In this document: piece by piece, positions 18,018-41,794 of the stretch
Layout: the number at the start of each line of letters is the position of its first letter
Numbering within the stretch: the stretch's first letter is position 1
DNA from: the human T2T-CHM13v2.0 reference genome, Homo sapiens
Assembly: GCF_009914755.1 (NCBI RefSeq)
Contig: NC_060944.1
Length of the DNA: 64,000 nucleotides
Direction: 5' to 3' (one strand)
The notes under the pieces: generated by a model
Databases searched by the model: none
The model's input: the letters and a program-made list of their open reading frames with translations, nothing else
Told to the model about the DNA's origin: nothing
Position numbers and translations under genes: made by a program

Positions 18018-19577
18018 TAGAGTCAGGGTTTCACCATGTTGCCCAGGCTCGAATTCCTGAACTGAAGTGATCCACCTACCTGGGCCTGCCAAAGTGCTGG
18101 GATTACAGGCATGAGCCACCACACCTGGCCTGAACACGCTTATACTAATGGTGAAATAATGTTGGGTAGCTGTAAGTGGCTTGCCCAAAGTTCCACAGTG
18201 ATGTGGTACAAGAACTGGCACTAGAGCTTGGGACTTCTGACTTCTGATCCTGAGCTATTGCTGCTACATCATTCCATGAGAGGCATTAGGAATCATAGGT
18301 TAAAGAGGTAAGGTACTACTTGGAGGGATTCTCTGAAAATTTTTGCCCATGTCCAAAAGCAGGAGAGGTAAGTAATCAGGGAAACAGTGGGATGAATAAC
18401 TCTGACCGTTTAGGGAGAAGATATGATCCTCATTTCCAGGAGTTTCTACACAGGGTGAAGAGTGAATGGAAGGTTCATCTGCTTATGCTTACGTATGTGA
18501 ATACATGTTCATAGCTACATGACCTTAGATAAGTCAGTGCCCCTCTCTGAGAGGGAGTTTGTAATCTCTGAGATATCTAAGGTATCTCCCAGCTCTGATA
18601 ACTAGGATTCTACATTCCTAAGTCCAGATGGCTGACAGGACAATTGTAAAGGTCCTAGAAGTTCCATTCCTCTTTTTGGGAATGATCTTAGAATGTTTGG
18701 CTTGGGTCAGTTACGTGGCAGCCAGACTATTAGAGCTCCAGTTGGAGTTTACAAGAGAAATAAACAAATCTGAAATAAAGGTAAACAAATGACTCCCTGG
18801 CATATTCTAAAAGTATCCTTCTGGGTGGCTTGGCTTACTGGATTCCCCATCTTTTAATTCAGTTCAACACGTGTGCCTTGATTTTATATCTCTGCCAGGT
18901 GGCCTGAGGTTTAGGTTTTGGACCGCATTCTTTTTCCAACTCAGCCAACTGTTGCTGAGGACTGTTTTATGCAAAGAATTGTGCTAACTGCTAGCAGGGA
19001 TGCAAAAGTGGGTAAAACATGATCTCTGCCCAGGAACTGATAGTCTAGAAGGAGAAGCATACAAAGCAGTTTATTTTAACACAGAAGGAATGAAAAGATT
19101 CAAAGTAATTATAAGCTATGTACTGAAAGAAAGAGATCTGGGAAGGCTACACAGAGGCCATAGATTTCATCTGGGGCTTGAAGAAGAGAATTACAGTAGG
19201 TGAAAAGGGGAAAGATGTTTCTCCTTTCCTAGACTAAGATCTTTGAGGGCAGAGATTACATCTTATTTATCTCTGTGTTCCTGATACCCAACATAGTGCC
19301 TGGCACAAGGAAAGAGTCCAATACATGTGTTTTGAATCAATGAATAATGAGTGGATTCTAGACTGATATAATAGCACAAAGACAAAGTGGATAAAAGTGC
19401 ACCTTATGTTTGGGGAATGCTAAATGGTCTGATGTGGTTGCTCCGAATATTGGTTATATAAGGAAATGTTATGGGAAATCAAATTTTAGTACCAGATTAA
19501 GAATGCCATGCTAAGAAGTTATACTTAGTCTATAGGCAATAGTTAACTATTTACTCCTCTAGGACAAAATACCCTTG

Positions 19578-20572
19578 TGTTGTGGGAAGTCAGGGACCCC
19601 GAACAGAGGGACCTGCTGAAGCCGTGACAGAAGAACATAAATTGTGAAGATTTCATGGACATTTATCACTTCCCCAATCAATACTCTTATAATTTCCTAT
19701 GCCTGTCTTTACTTTAATCTCTTAATCCCATCATCTTCATAAGCTGAGGATGTATGTCACCTCAGGACCCTGTGATGATTGCGTTAACTGCACAAGTTGT
19801 TCATAAAGCATGTGTGTTTGAACAATTTGAAATCTGGGCACCTTGAAAAAAGAACAGGATAACAGCGACGTTCAGGGAACAAGGGAGATAACCATTAGGT
19901 CTGACTGCCTGGGAGCTGGGCAGGACAGAGCCATATTTCTCTTATTACCAAAAATGGGTAAGAGAAATATAGCTGAATTCTTTCCCCAGTAAGGAATATT
20001 AATAATTAACAGCCCTGGGAAAAGAACGCATTCCGGGGGGGGGCCTCTAAAATGGCCACTCTGGAGGGGTGTCTGCCTTATGCAGTTACAGATAAGGGAT
20101 GAAACACACCCTGGTCTCCTGCAGCGTCCCCAGACTTGCTAGGATTAGGAAATTCCAGCCTGGCGAATTCTAGTCAGACCGGTTCTCTGCTCTTGAACCC
20201 TGTTGTTTATCAATGACAATGCATGCACAGTGGGACATGGAACTTCATTAATAATTCTAGTTTCGCCCTGACCTTGTGATCTCGCCCTGACCTTCTGCCT
20301 TGTGATCTTTTGTTGCCCTTGAAACAAGTGATCTCTGTGACCCACACCCTATTCGTACACTCCCTCCCCTTTGAAAATTGCTAATAAAAACTTGCTGGTT
20401 TTACGGCTCAGGGGGCATCACGGAACCTGCCGACATGTGATGTCTCCCCCGGACACCCAGCTTTAAAATTTCTCTCTTTTGTACTCTTTCCCTTTATTTC
20501 TCAGACCAGCCAACACTTAGGGAAAATAGAAAAGAACCCACGTTGAAATATCGGGGGCTGGTTCCCCCAATA
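19578..20572 (+). mobile_element. MER11 solo LTR (HERV-K11/HML-8 group)
   Basis: Starts TGTTGTGGGAAGTCAGGGACCCCGAAC, ends ...TTCCCCCAATA; 6-bp TSD CCCTTG at 19572-19577 and 20573-20578; AATAAA at 20383-20388. Confidence 0.9.
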
Positions 20573-23046
20573 CCCTTGTTCATCTTTGTATCCTTAGTAT
20601 CTACAACAGTGCCAGGAATTTAGAAGTTAGTCAATAAATGGCTGGATGAATGAATGAATTGAAGAGTTTTGAGGAAGGAAATTATTTCATCCAATCTGCA
20701 CCTTACTTTACTGATAATAATCCCTCGCCTTTTTGTACAATTTTGTAGTCACAGAAACATTTTATCCTATTATGTCATGAAAAATTTTATTGATATGCTC
20801 AAAAAGCTTATTAGGAAAGAAAGGCAGATATTATTATCATTTCCTATAGATGTTATTATTCTCATTTCCTGGCAACGTTATTATTCTCACACCCAGTAAA
20901 AAGAAACCAAAACTCTATTTCTTCTAATATCTCTTGGTATATCCGATGATCTGTTGTATGTGTACTGGCATATAACAGGGTTCTCATGGGTAGCCTTAAT
21001 CTTGCATCACACTCACTATAATCAGGATTTCTACATATCCCAAAAAATAGATCCAACTCGCAATGCAGGGATATTGTACTGATTACTTCATGGGGATCCT
21101 GGCTGTACCATACCCCACACAGCAGAAGCTTAATCAATTCTTAGACATTTCTGTTCTTTTTCTTAAGCTTGATCTCTCTCAACATCAACGAACTTATCTC
21201 TCTTCCTTCTCTTTCCTCTCACAACCTTGCCCCCTTTTCCCACCCAAACAAACAACAAAACCCATTATTTTATTAAGCCTTTCATTTTTCAGTATGTTTA
21301 TTTTTCTCAGCAAAACAAAAGCCCTGTAGTTTTTCTTATTTCCTTAAACATGGTGTTTTATTTCATCCAAATGCAAGTGAAGAGGAGATTAGATTTGGTC
21401 TGTGGAATTCCAGGGAACAGATTAATGAATGAGAGGAAGTCAGAGAGAAATAAATGTTAGTTTAATGTAACTTTCTGACCCAGCAATTCAATAATGGAAC
21501 TGGCTGTTTCACAGAGTAGTGAACTCCCTGTTACTGGAAGTATTTGGCATGTCAAGTCCAACTTCTGACCTCTAAAACCGCATGTGACCGTCCTACATAT
21601 GTTCAAAGATGATGGTCCTGTTCTCCTAAATCTTTTCTTCTTTTTTTGAGACAGAGTCTCGCTCCGTCGCCAGGCTGGAGTGCAGTGGTGTGATCTCGGC
21701 CCACTGCAATGTCTGCCTCCTCAGTTAAAGTGATTCTCCTGCCTCAGCCTCCTGAGTAGTTGGGACTACAGGCACGTACCACCAGGCCCAGCTAATTTTC
21801 ATATTTTTAGTAGAGACAGGGTTTCACCATGTTGGCCAGGATGGTCTTGATCTCTTGACCTCATGATCCACCTACCTCAGCATCCCAAAGTGCTGGGATT
21901 ACAGGCTGTGAACCACCGTGCCCAGCAATCTTTTCTTCTCCAGATTAAACATCTTACTTTCTTCAAGGGTTCCTTATTTGATGTGGCAGTTCAGTAACCT
22001 GCTATTGTTCTTCTGGACTTGTTACAATTTGTCAATTTCTCATGCATTTATTTAAAAAAATTTATTGAGTCGGGTCACTAGAATTACTAAATAAGAAAAA
22101 GAAAATTATTGAGTGACTTCTATGGTTCAGACGCTGTTTTAGGACGTGGGAATAGAGCAATATAGCAGAGAACAAAAACAAAGTCTGTCTTAGAAGCTAC
22201 AGTTTACTGGGAGGGACAGACCCTAAACAAATATTTTTTTTTTAATGTCAGAGATAATTAGTAGGAAATAGGTAGAAAAATAAGGAAGGTCGAAGGGAGA
22301 ATAACTGAGTTGCTGTTTTAGACAGCATAATCAGGGCAGGCCTCTGGAATAAGATGACAGTTGAGCAGAGATATGAAGGAAGTGCAAGAGTGGCCAGGGG
22401 AAGAACAAGCCAATTTAGATAGACCGAACAAGTGCAAAAGCTCTGAGGAGTAAGCTTGGTTTATTTCATGAACAAGGAGGCCAGTTTATCTGAAGTGGTA
22501 CAGGCAAAGAGAAGAGAAAGAGCAGGAGGCAAATAACCGAGGGCCTAATAAGCCAATTATCTGTACTTTGCTATTTGTTCTGAGTGAGATGGAAAGGCAT
22601 TGGAGGCTTTCGAGAAGAGGACTGACGTGATTTGACTTGCATTTGAAAAGCATCACTATGGCTACCATGGGGGGAAACAAAGTTTAAAAGGCAAAGAAAT
22701 ACTCAGGGACCTCCAAGGATACTCATACATTCCTGTTAGGAGGCAATAATATGGGTGAAAAATGATGGTGGCAAGGACAAGGGTGATACCACTACTTACC
22801 CATTACCCATCAGAATAGTCAGAAAGAAAAAGACAAACAAGGAAGGAAAGAAAAGACAGTATTGGCAAGGATACAGGCCAATTAGAACTTTCCTACACTG
22901 CTGTTGGTAAGGTAAATTGATATGAAACAACCACTGTTTAGAAAACCGCAGTATCTACTAAAGTTGAACATCTGCCTCCTAGGCATATGCCTAACAGAAA
23001 CGTTTACCTATGTTCACTGAAAGACATATACAAGATTAGTCATAGC

Positions 23047-23604
23047 TGTAAGAATTAAAGAAAGAAGAGAGAAACACGAAGGGCGGCTCGACAGTCAACA
23101 GGGACAGGTTTATTCTGAATAAACTTGAGTGGGGCAGCTGGCCAAGTTAGGTCAGAGCCACACTCTCTTACAGACTAAGTGTTTTTAAGGATTCAGGGTG
23201 GGAGAATTTATCAGAGGCTTGGACTGCTTCTGTGTTTCTTTGTTGTGCTTATCTGGGAGGGAGAGTTGTGTGTCTGTTCCCATACATCTTTCTGCAGCTA
23301 CAGGCATATCCCCCGGGTTGCTTTTAGCTTCCCTATCTTAGTGCACCTGAAGGGAAAGGAATGTGCTTATTAGGGCCTACTGTTTTACTGGGGGCCATCG
23401 TATGAGGGTGAAGTTTGGCAGTTACCCAGGAGACTTTCCCCCCACCTCCCTCTGTACCCAAGCTGTCTTATCTGTGTTTTACTGTCTGCTCTTTCTATTT
23501 GTACTTAGAAGAGAGTGATTTCCTTGAAATGCACGAGGCTAGAAAGGGAGCTGGAACTTAAAGTGGCAGTGTTTGTTCGAGATGACAGTGCTCCTGCTCT
23601 GTCA
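23047..23604 (-). mobile_element. ERV1 solo LTR (LTR19-like) inserted in an L1M 3' fragment
   Basis: TG...CA termini (minus strand begins TGACAGAGCAGGAGCACTGTCATCTCG); 5-bp TSD ATAGC at 23042-23046 and 23605-23609. Family name from memory. Confidence 0.75.
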
Positions 23605-23900
23605 ATAGCAGTATTCTTTGTAATATCCCCAACTAAAAAGTACCCAAACACCATCAAGAATAGAATAATGAAACAAATTATACTATATTTACATAATGGA
23701 ATATACAACGAGAGTAGAAAAACTTAAACTACACGTCTTAATATAAGTGAATGTCACAAATATAATATTGATCAAAAGAAGCCAAACACAAAAAAGTATA
23801 AACTATATGATTACATTTATATAAATTTCAAAGACACACAGAACTAACCTGTGGTGTTAGAAGCCAGGATATTGGTTACATTTGGGAAGCTAATGATTAG

Positions 23901-24179
<279 letters not shown>

Positions 24180-26077
24180 TGATCTGCCTGCCTCAGCCTC
24201 CCAGAGTGCTGGGATTACAGGCATGAGCCACCGCACCTGGCCTGCCCTGTTTCTTAATCTGGATGCTGGCTATATCAATAGGCTCACTTTGTGAACATTC
24301 ACTAAGTTGTACATTTATAATTTGAGCACTTTCCTGTATCAGTGTTATGCCTCAATAAAGTTTACATTACAAAGGAATGACTCAGAGGTTTTGATCTGTG
24401 CAACTGGAGGCTATAATTGACATTTATTGAAATGGGGAAGCTATAGAAGAAGCAGGTTTTGGTGGGAAATGCATTCATTATGTACATACTACATTTGATA
24501 TTTATTAGACATCCAAGTTGAAATGCTGATAGAATGCAGTTGGTATACAAGTCTGCAGTTGAGGGAAATGTCTAGGCTGAAGACCTAAATTTGAGAGCTC
24601 ACTATATAGATAACATGTAAACTCATAAAGCTGGATGGGATCACCTAAGGAATAGTCTAGACAGAGAAAACATTCAAGTACTAAACCCTGAGGACGCCCC
24701 AACATTTAAAGGCTGGAAATTGAGGAGAAACCAGTAAAGAAAACTGAGTAGCCAGTGAGGTGTGATAAGAGCTGAGAGAGTGGAATCTCAGAAGCCAGGT
24801 GAAAAAAGTGTTCTAAGGAGGAAGTAACCACTGTAACAGATACAGCAGATAGTGGAATAAGGTAAGGACTGATCATCGGTTATTGATGGAGATCACTGGA
24901 GACCTTGATAAACAGCAGTTTTGGTGGTGTGGTAGGGACAAAAGCCTAATTAGAATGAGCTCAAGAAACAAACTAATTTGAGACAGTGACTATAAATAAC
25001 TCTTTTGAGGAGTTTGGTTTGTTTTACAGAAGAACAGAGAAGTAAGATATTAAAAAGAATATTAATTAAGGATATGAAGCAGTGTTGGGTTAAGTAACTA
25101 AGGAGGCTTATGGGATCAAGAAAAGTTTTTTCTCTTAATAAGGTAGATAATAAAGTATGTTTGTACACTTACAGGGATAATCAATAGAGAGGGAAAATTT
25201 GATGACACAAGAAAAAGAGAGGGCAGTGGCTGGAGTGATGTCCTGGAGCAGGTTATAAAAGAGGTTAGACTCCAAGGCACAAATGGAGAGACCAACTTAG
25301 CTAAGATCATGGACAGTTCCTCTAGGGAGGAAAGAGCTAGAGAAAGGGATCCCTTAAATCTGTACGTGAGCCAAGAGAAATTGCAAGCTCACTACCAAGT
25401 TGCACATGTGCTTGGTAAAAAGAAAGCTTGGTAATGGCTTTGATAACTCAACTGTAATATAAATCACCATCTGACTGTCAGACTAACCCCAGAGTGGCAT
25501 GGGGTAGATTCAAACAGCCTAGCAAAGACTCTGAAAATGAACTGACACTGCAACCACCACCCACAGCAGGTGAGACAAAGCTTGTAGTCTGAACCTAATT
25601 GAGTTATTTGCCTGCTAAAATAAACTAGTCACCATCCAGATAATTTAAACAGGACTCAGAGTCCCACAATCTAACACTCAAGATGGGCAAGATACAATCC
25701 AAAATTACTTAATATACAAAGAACCAAGAAACTGATAAATGTTTAAAGGAAAAGAAAACAAATAGATGCTAATCCCCAAATTATTTAGATGTTAGAATTA
25801 TCTGACAAAAACTTTAAAGTAGCTATTATAACCATCCCCCATGAGGTAAAAGTTAAACATCCTTGAAATAAATAGAAAGGTAGAAGTTCTTAGCAGAGAA
25901 ATAGAAATTATGAAAAAGAACCAAATAGAAATTATGTGAAGTAAAAATATTTGCTGCAGAGCTCATTAGTAGAATGGAGATAACAGATGGATGAATGAAT
26001 GAGTGAATTTGAAGATAGATCGATATAAATTATTCAATATAAAGATCATAGAGAAAAAAATATTTTAAAAATGAACA

Positions 26078-26195
26078 GTCTACAGATATACCATCCTGAA
26101 TGCACCTAATCTTGTCTAATTTTTGAAGCTAGGCAGGGTCAGGCCTGGTTAGGATTTGGAGGGAGACCACCTGGGAATACTGGGTAATGTAGGCT
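26078..26195 (+). pseudogene. 5S rRNA processed pseudogene (probably RNA5SP483)
   Basis: GTCTACAGATATACCATCCTGAATGCACC...GAAGCTAGGCAGGGTCAGGCCTGGTTAG...GGGAGACCACCTGGGAATACTGGGTAATGTAGGCT aligns end to end with human 5S rRNA, with many CpG transitions and a damaged box C. Confidence 0.93.
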
Positions 26196-26225
26196 GTCAA
26201 TTAAAAAAATTTTTTTAAACAATCA

Positions 26226-26988
<763 letters not shown>

Positions 26989-27729
26989 TCAGATACCTGT
27001 GGAAAAATATCAAAAGCTCTAATATTGGTGTCATCAATATTTCTGAAATAGAGGAGAAAGAGACTGATGTGGAAAAGTATTTGAAGAAATGATGGCTGAA
27101 AACTTCATAAATTTGGTTAAAGATACAAATTTACAGAATTGTAAAGCTCAGTGAACCCCAAAAGGATAAAAGCAATGAAAACCCCACCCACCCTAATCAA
27201 ACTTCTGAAAACCAAATATTAGGAAAAAAATTTTAAGAGTAGCCACCAAAAAATGACATGTTACATATGGGGGAACAATAATTCTTATGACTGTAGATTT
27301 TTCATCAGAGACCATGGAAGCCAGAAGACAATGGAATAACACCTTTAAAGTGCTGAAAGAAAAGAACTGTCAACTTGAAATTTTCTATCTAGTGAATATT
27401 CCCTTTGAGAATAAAAGTGAAATAAAAACATTCTCAGATAAAGAAAGCCTAAAAGAATTTGTCTCCAGAACACCTGTTCTGAAAGAAATGCTAATAGAAG
27501 CCAAAGTGAAATAATACCAAAAGGAAACTTGGAACTACAGAAATGAAGGAAGAGCAACAGAATTGGTATATATCTGGATAAAGTTAGGTTATTTTTCTCT
27601 CCTTACATAAAGTTATTTATGATCATTGAAAGAAAAAATTATAACACAGTCTAGGAGAGTTTCAATGTATGTAGATGTCATGGATAGGACAATTATAAAC
27701 AACAGGGGGAAGGTAAAGGGACCCATATA

Positions 27730-31835
<4,106 letters not shown>

Positions 31836-32148
31836 TAGTTGTGAGATGTCAGTGTTTTACTTGAAGTGTTAAAACATTGATTTTAAGTTGACTGTTAAAA
31901 TTAGGTATGTGTATTATTATCCCTAGATCAACAGCTAAAAAAAAAAAGCCACAAAAGATATAGACAACCAATATATTAAATTGGAATATAAAACATATTC
32001 AAATAATTCAAAATATAACAGGAAAGGGGACATTGAGAGGCAAAAAAATGGAGGAGACAAGCAGAAAAATAACAAATTGTAGACCAAAATCCACTCTTAT
32101 CAATAAATACATTAAATGTAAATGGTCTTTAAAAATGTAAATGGTCTA

Positions 32149-34065
<1,917 letters not shown>

Positions 34066-34269
34066 AGCCTGACCAACATGGCAAAACCCTGTCTCTACTA
34101 AAAATACAAAATGTCATTGCATAACATTGTATGCAATGTCTAATGTTATTAGACATAATGTTATTGCACATTTATTAGACTATAATATAGTATAAACATA
34201 ACTTTTATTTATTATTGTTTTTCTTTTTAGACGAACTCTTGGGCATGATAGTGCGCGCCTGTAATCTCA

Positions 34270-34536
<267 letters not shown>

Positions 34537-35094
34537 TTATGGGTTGCAGCTAACGCAGCGTGTACAGGAACATTTATAGCTTTACATGCCTATGATAGAA
34601 AAAAGAAAGGCCTCAAATCATACTCTAAGCTTCTACCTTAAGAAACTAGAGAAAGAACAAATTAAACCTAAATCAAGCAGAAGAAAAAGAAATTAGAAAA
34701 GCAGAATTCAATGAAATTGAAAACAGAAAAAAATAGAGAACAATCAATAAAACCAAAAGCTTTGAAAAGGTGTACAGAATTCATAAACTTTTTGACAGAT
34801 TTACCAAGGAAAAGAAAGAGAGAAGACATAAATTACTAATATCAGGAATGAAAGAGGGGATGTCACTTCAGACCCTCCAGATATTAAAAGGATAATAAGA
34901 GAATATTACAAACAACTCTATGCTCATAAGTTTGACAACTTAGAGGAAATGGACCAATTTCTTGAAAGACACAAATTACCTAAACTCAGTCCAGAAGAAA
35001 CAGATCAGAGAAATAGTCCTAAATGTACTAAAGAAAATTTAATTCATAGTTTAAAACCTTCCAATGTAGAGAAGAAAACTCCAGGCCCAGAAGG

Positions 35095-35220
35095 TTTCTT
35101 TTCTTTTCCTTCCTTCCTCCCTCCCTCCCTCCTTCCCTCCCTCCCTCCCTCCTTCCTTCCTTCCTTCTCTCTTTTCTTTCCTTTTCTCTTTTCTTTTCTT
35201 TCCTTTTCTTTCTTTTCTTT
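35095..35220. repeat. (CCTT/CCCT/CTTT)n polypyrimidine low-complexity tract at an Alu tail
   Basis: Directly visible in the sequence. Confidence 0.9.
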
Positions 35221-35720
35221 GTGGCAGGGACTCACTCCTGTTATTCAGGCTGGAGTACAGTGGTGCAATCACAGCTCACTGCAGCCAAGACTTCCACACC
35301 CAGCAAATTTTTTTGTATTTTTAGTAGAGATGGGTTTTCACCATGTTGCCCAGGCTGGTCTCGAACTCCTGGCTCAAGCAATCTGCCTGCCTTAGCTTCC
35401 CAAAGTGCTGGGATTACAGGCATGCGCCACCATGCCTGGCCCCCAAATGGTTTCACTGGGAAATTCTACCAAATGTTAAAGAAAGAAATAGTATCAATTC
35501 CACACAAACTCTTCCAGAAAATCAAAAAAACTTAGCTCATTTTATGAAGGCAGCATGGTCCTGATGCCAAAATTTGAAAAAGATAACAAGAAAACTATAG
35601 AACAATACTTCACATGAACATATACCCCAAAACTTCAACAAACTACAAACTATTAGCAAAGGAATCCAGAAATATATATATATTTTTAAAAAATAATACT
35701 TCACTACTATGTGGAGTTTA

Positions 35721-36096
<376 letters not shown>

Positions 36097-36219
36097 CTAA
36101 GGAAGAAAAAAACACAAGATAATCCTAACTGATGAAGAAAATGCATTAACAAAATTTAAAACCCATTCATGATAAAAAAAAAAAAATCTCTCAGCAAACT
36201 AGAGAAGGAAACTTCGTTA

Positions 36220-36740
<521 letters not shown>

Positions 36741-37125
36741 CTAACAAAGGACTTGAATCCAGAATTTATTTTTTAACATTTTTAAAAAATTTTATTTTAT
36801 TTTATTTTTGGTAGAGACAGGATTTTTGTATGTTGCCCAGGCTGGTCTCAAACTTCTGACCTCAAGTGATCCTCCTGCTCAGCCTCCCAAAGCACTAGGA
36901 CTACAGGCATGAGCCACTGTGCCTGGCCTAGAATTTATAAAGAACCCTCAGTAGGGCGCAGTGCCTCATGCCTGTAATCCCAGCACTTTGGGAGGCTGAG
37001 GCAGGCGGATCACGAGGTCAGGAGTTCAAGACCAGCCTGGCCAACATAGTGAAACCTCGTCTCTACTAAAAATACAAAAAAATTAGCCAGGCATGGTGGC
37101 AGGCACCTGTAATCCCAGCTACTCA

Positions 37126-37224
<99 letters not shown>

Positions 37225-38282
37225 CTATCTCAAAAAAAAAAAAAAAAAAAAAAAACTCTCAAAACTCAGAAATAAGAAAACAAACAATTTTTTAAAAAGG
37301 CAAAAGTTTTGAACAGGCACCTCACCAGAGAAGATACATGGATGGCAAATAAATATTTGAAAATATGCTCAACATCATTTGTTGGTAGGGAATTGCAAAT
37401 TAAAACCACAGTAAGGTATGTCTATACACCTATTGAAATTGAAAAAAATCCCTGACAATACCAACTGTTGGTGAGAAGGCGGAACAACTGCCACTCTCAT
37501 AAATTACTGGTGGGAAAACAAAATGATACAGCCCCTCTAGGTTTCTTATAAAGTTAAACACACACTTACCATAGGCTCCAACAATCCCTCCTAGAAATTA
37601 GCCCAAGTAAAATGAAAATTTATGTTCATACCAAAACCTGTACGTGAATGTTTACAGAAGCTTTATTCATAATTGCCAAAACTAGAAACAACCTAAATAT
37701 TCCTCAACTGGGAAGTGGAGTAACAAACTGTGGTACATCCATACAATAGACTACTACTCAGCAATGAAAAGGAATTGACTACTGATACACTCAACAACAT
37801 GGATGAATCTTAAATCCATTATGCCAAGTGAAAGAAGCCAAATTCAAAATACAACATATTGTATGGTTCCATTTTATATGACAGTCTGGAAAAGAAAAAA
37901 CTATAGGAATAGAGAACATATCAGTGTTGCCAGGGCTTAAGGGTAGGGAAGGCTTTGACTACAAAGGGGTAACAAAAGGGAATTTGGGAAGGTGATTAAC
38001 TGTTTTATTTTTTTGTTTGTGTGTGGTGGTGTTTACATAATTCTTTGCATTTGTCAAAACTCACAGAACTCTACACCAAAATGTAAATTTTACTGAATGT
38101 AAATTACAATTAAATTATATGTATGCAAATCTATTATGTGTATGTTTGTGTGTATATATATATATATATATATACACATATGAATATTTTTAAAAGCTTT
38201 TTCCCCTCATATTACTATCAAGTCATATCTCACAGATTTTGTATTTGTACAATTATTCTTTCTTGAGCCTGAAATTAGTTAG

Positions 38283-38603
<321 letters not shown>

Positions 38604-39547
38604 TAGGACTGTCTTCATCTCTGTTAACCTTCCATTTCCTCTCCTTCCACAAAACCTAAACTTTATTATTATTTGAAACATAATTTTTGAGTAAGTTATT
38701 CCTTCTGTCTCAAGAAGGTCCAATTCGTGTTATTGAGAATGGTAAAATAATACACTACCTGCCCTGGGCACTTTAGTGAGAATCCATTTATTGGGTTAAC
38801 TAGCAGTGACTGTGGATGGCAGTGAGCAGGCCTGGGAGTGGCCAGGACATAGGACAGATGTGCTTTGATGGGAGAGAAGGGAAGGAAAAGCCGGCAGCAC
38901 AGCGATGGGAAACTAGAGGCCAGAGGTAGAGGTGGAGGGCAATGATCAGGGAGCAGAGATGACAGCATGCCAAGGACATCCTGTGCTGACTTCACAGGCT
39001 GGCTCTGGGCATAGGCCAGTCTCTTCCTGGAGCTTTCATTTTCTCTCTTCGGAATCTGTCAACTCTCTACTGCAATCTGTTCCACAGTCGTATAGCCAAA
39101 ATCCTCTTGCTCTGTGTCTGTTTATTCAACAAATATTTATCTTAACTGACTCTAATCACATTGTCTCCTGTTTGTCCTGCAGTGAAGCCCTTTTACATCT
39201 GCTTATCTCTTTTGATCCAAGGGAAGGAGACTTAACCCTGACTTCCAGAGAAGGAAATAGTCTCAGAAAGGTTAAGTCATTTATCTGAAGTTGCCCTTTT
39301 AATACTGAGTACTGGACTCTCTCAGTATCCGCGTACTCTGCTGCCCCCTACCGTGAACATAGCAATAGGTTTTAAATCACAAAAACACACAGCAGAACAC
39401 TACACAACACTGGAAAGACTACGACACTATAAATAGTGCTTACATTTGTTCATTTAGCAAATATTCAGCTGGACGTGGTGGCTCACGCCTGTAATCCCAG
39501 CACTTTGGGAGGCCGAGGCAGGTGGATCACTTGAGGCCAGGAGTTCA

Positions 39548-39766
<219 letters not shown>

Positions 39767-41154
39767 TTAATTGAGAGCCTACTATATGCCAGAAATAAGC
39801 AGGTATTGTCCTTGTGTTCATGGAGCTTATGGTGTAGAGGGGGAGACAGAATTACACAAAATAATTACTTAATTACAGTTTGAATAAATACTATGAAGTA
39901 CAAGGTGCTATATGAGGGTATAGAATAAGGGTATGTAGCCTGGTCTGGAGGCTTAGGGAAATCTTACATGAAGTAGAATTCATAGGAATAAATTATTGGT
40001 TGGCTATGGGGGAGGTTAAAGAGACATCAAGAATGCCTTCCAGGTCTCTGGCATGAACAACTGGGCAGATAGAGCACTGTTACTAAGCAGGGGAAGCCTA
40101 GAGGAGGAAGACATTATGAATGGAAAGAATATGAACTTGGCTTTGGCTTTTTGCAGTTCGGGAATCCCACGAGACATTAAGGTATAGATGTGGAATAAGC
40201 AATCAGATTCAGGAGTTTGGGAGCAAGGTCTATGCTAGAAATAGAAAGTTGGGAGTTGTTGGGATACAGATTATATTTGAAACTGTGGTCATGGATGACA
40301 TTTCTTAGAAAATAATAGAAAGAGTAGAAGGCTTATAACTTCCCTGAGAAACTCCAGAATTTAAAAGGTCAACTGGAAGAGATGGAGCTAGCAAAAACTT
40401 AGGACAAGGGGCCAAGGAGGGGAAAATCAGGAATGTGCAATGATGCCAAAGTCAGGGGAAGTGTATTTCAAAAAGAAGACTGGTCAACCATGGTGGTAAT
40501 TACAAAGAAATCAAGTGCAATGACTTTCTTGGTCTACGATGATTTTTTTGGTCTGCCTAGTGAAACAGATTCAGTTTCAGAGGACTAGAGGTGGAGAAGA
40601 CTAGGCCACTACCTCTTAGAAAACCTCCTAAAGGCCACCATAGCCTATGGTCTTGAACCAGTGGTCTTCATAGTCTTTTGCTCACATACCACTTAAAATA
40701 ATTTTGATAAATAATGTGAGCTGGGCACAGCGGCTCAAGCCTGTAATCCAAATGTTTTGGGAGGCTGAGTCTGGAGGATCACTGGACCCCAGGAGTTTGA
40801 GACCAACCTGGGCAACATAGAGAAACTCCATCTCTACAAAAATTAAAAAATTAGCCAGGTGTGGTGGTGTGTGTCTGTAGTCCTAGCTATTTGGGAGGCT
40901 GAGGTGGGAGAATTGCTTGAGCCCAGGAGTTCAAGGCTGCAGTGAGCTATAATCATGCCACTATACTTCTACCTGGGCAACAGAGCAAGACCCTATCTCT
41001 AAGAAAATAAATAAATAAAATTTTTAAAAAACATTAGGCCAAGTGCAGTGACTCATACCTGTAATATCAACACTTTGGGAGGCCAAGATGGGAGAACTGT
41101 TTGAGCTTAGGAATTGAGGACCAGCCTGGGCAATATAGTATGACCTCATCTCTA

Positions 41155-41391
<237 letters not shown>

Positions 41392-41509
41392 TTAACTGTC
41401 CCCAGTTCTGAACTTTTTTTTAATTGCCCCGTGCAATGTATCATTCAGGGTGGGTCAGATATATGCCTTTCTTTCTTTTCTTTTTTCCATTTTTTTTTTT
41501 TTTCTCTGA

Positions 41510-41647
<138 letters not shown>

Positions 41648-41650
41648 TGA

Positions 41651-41794
<144 letters not shown>

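Noticed and set aside
26078-26195. Functional 5S rRNA gene
   Set aside because: Solitary copy with many substitutions, including in the internal promoter, no immediate oligo-T terminator, and a retroposition context.
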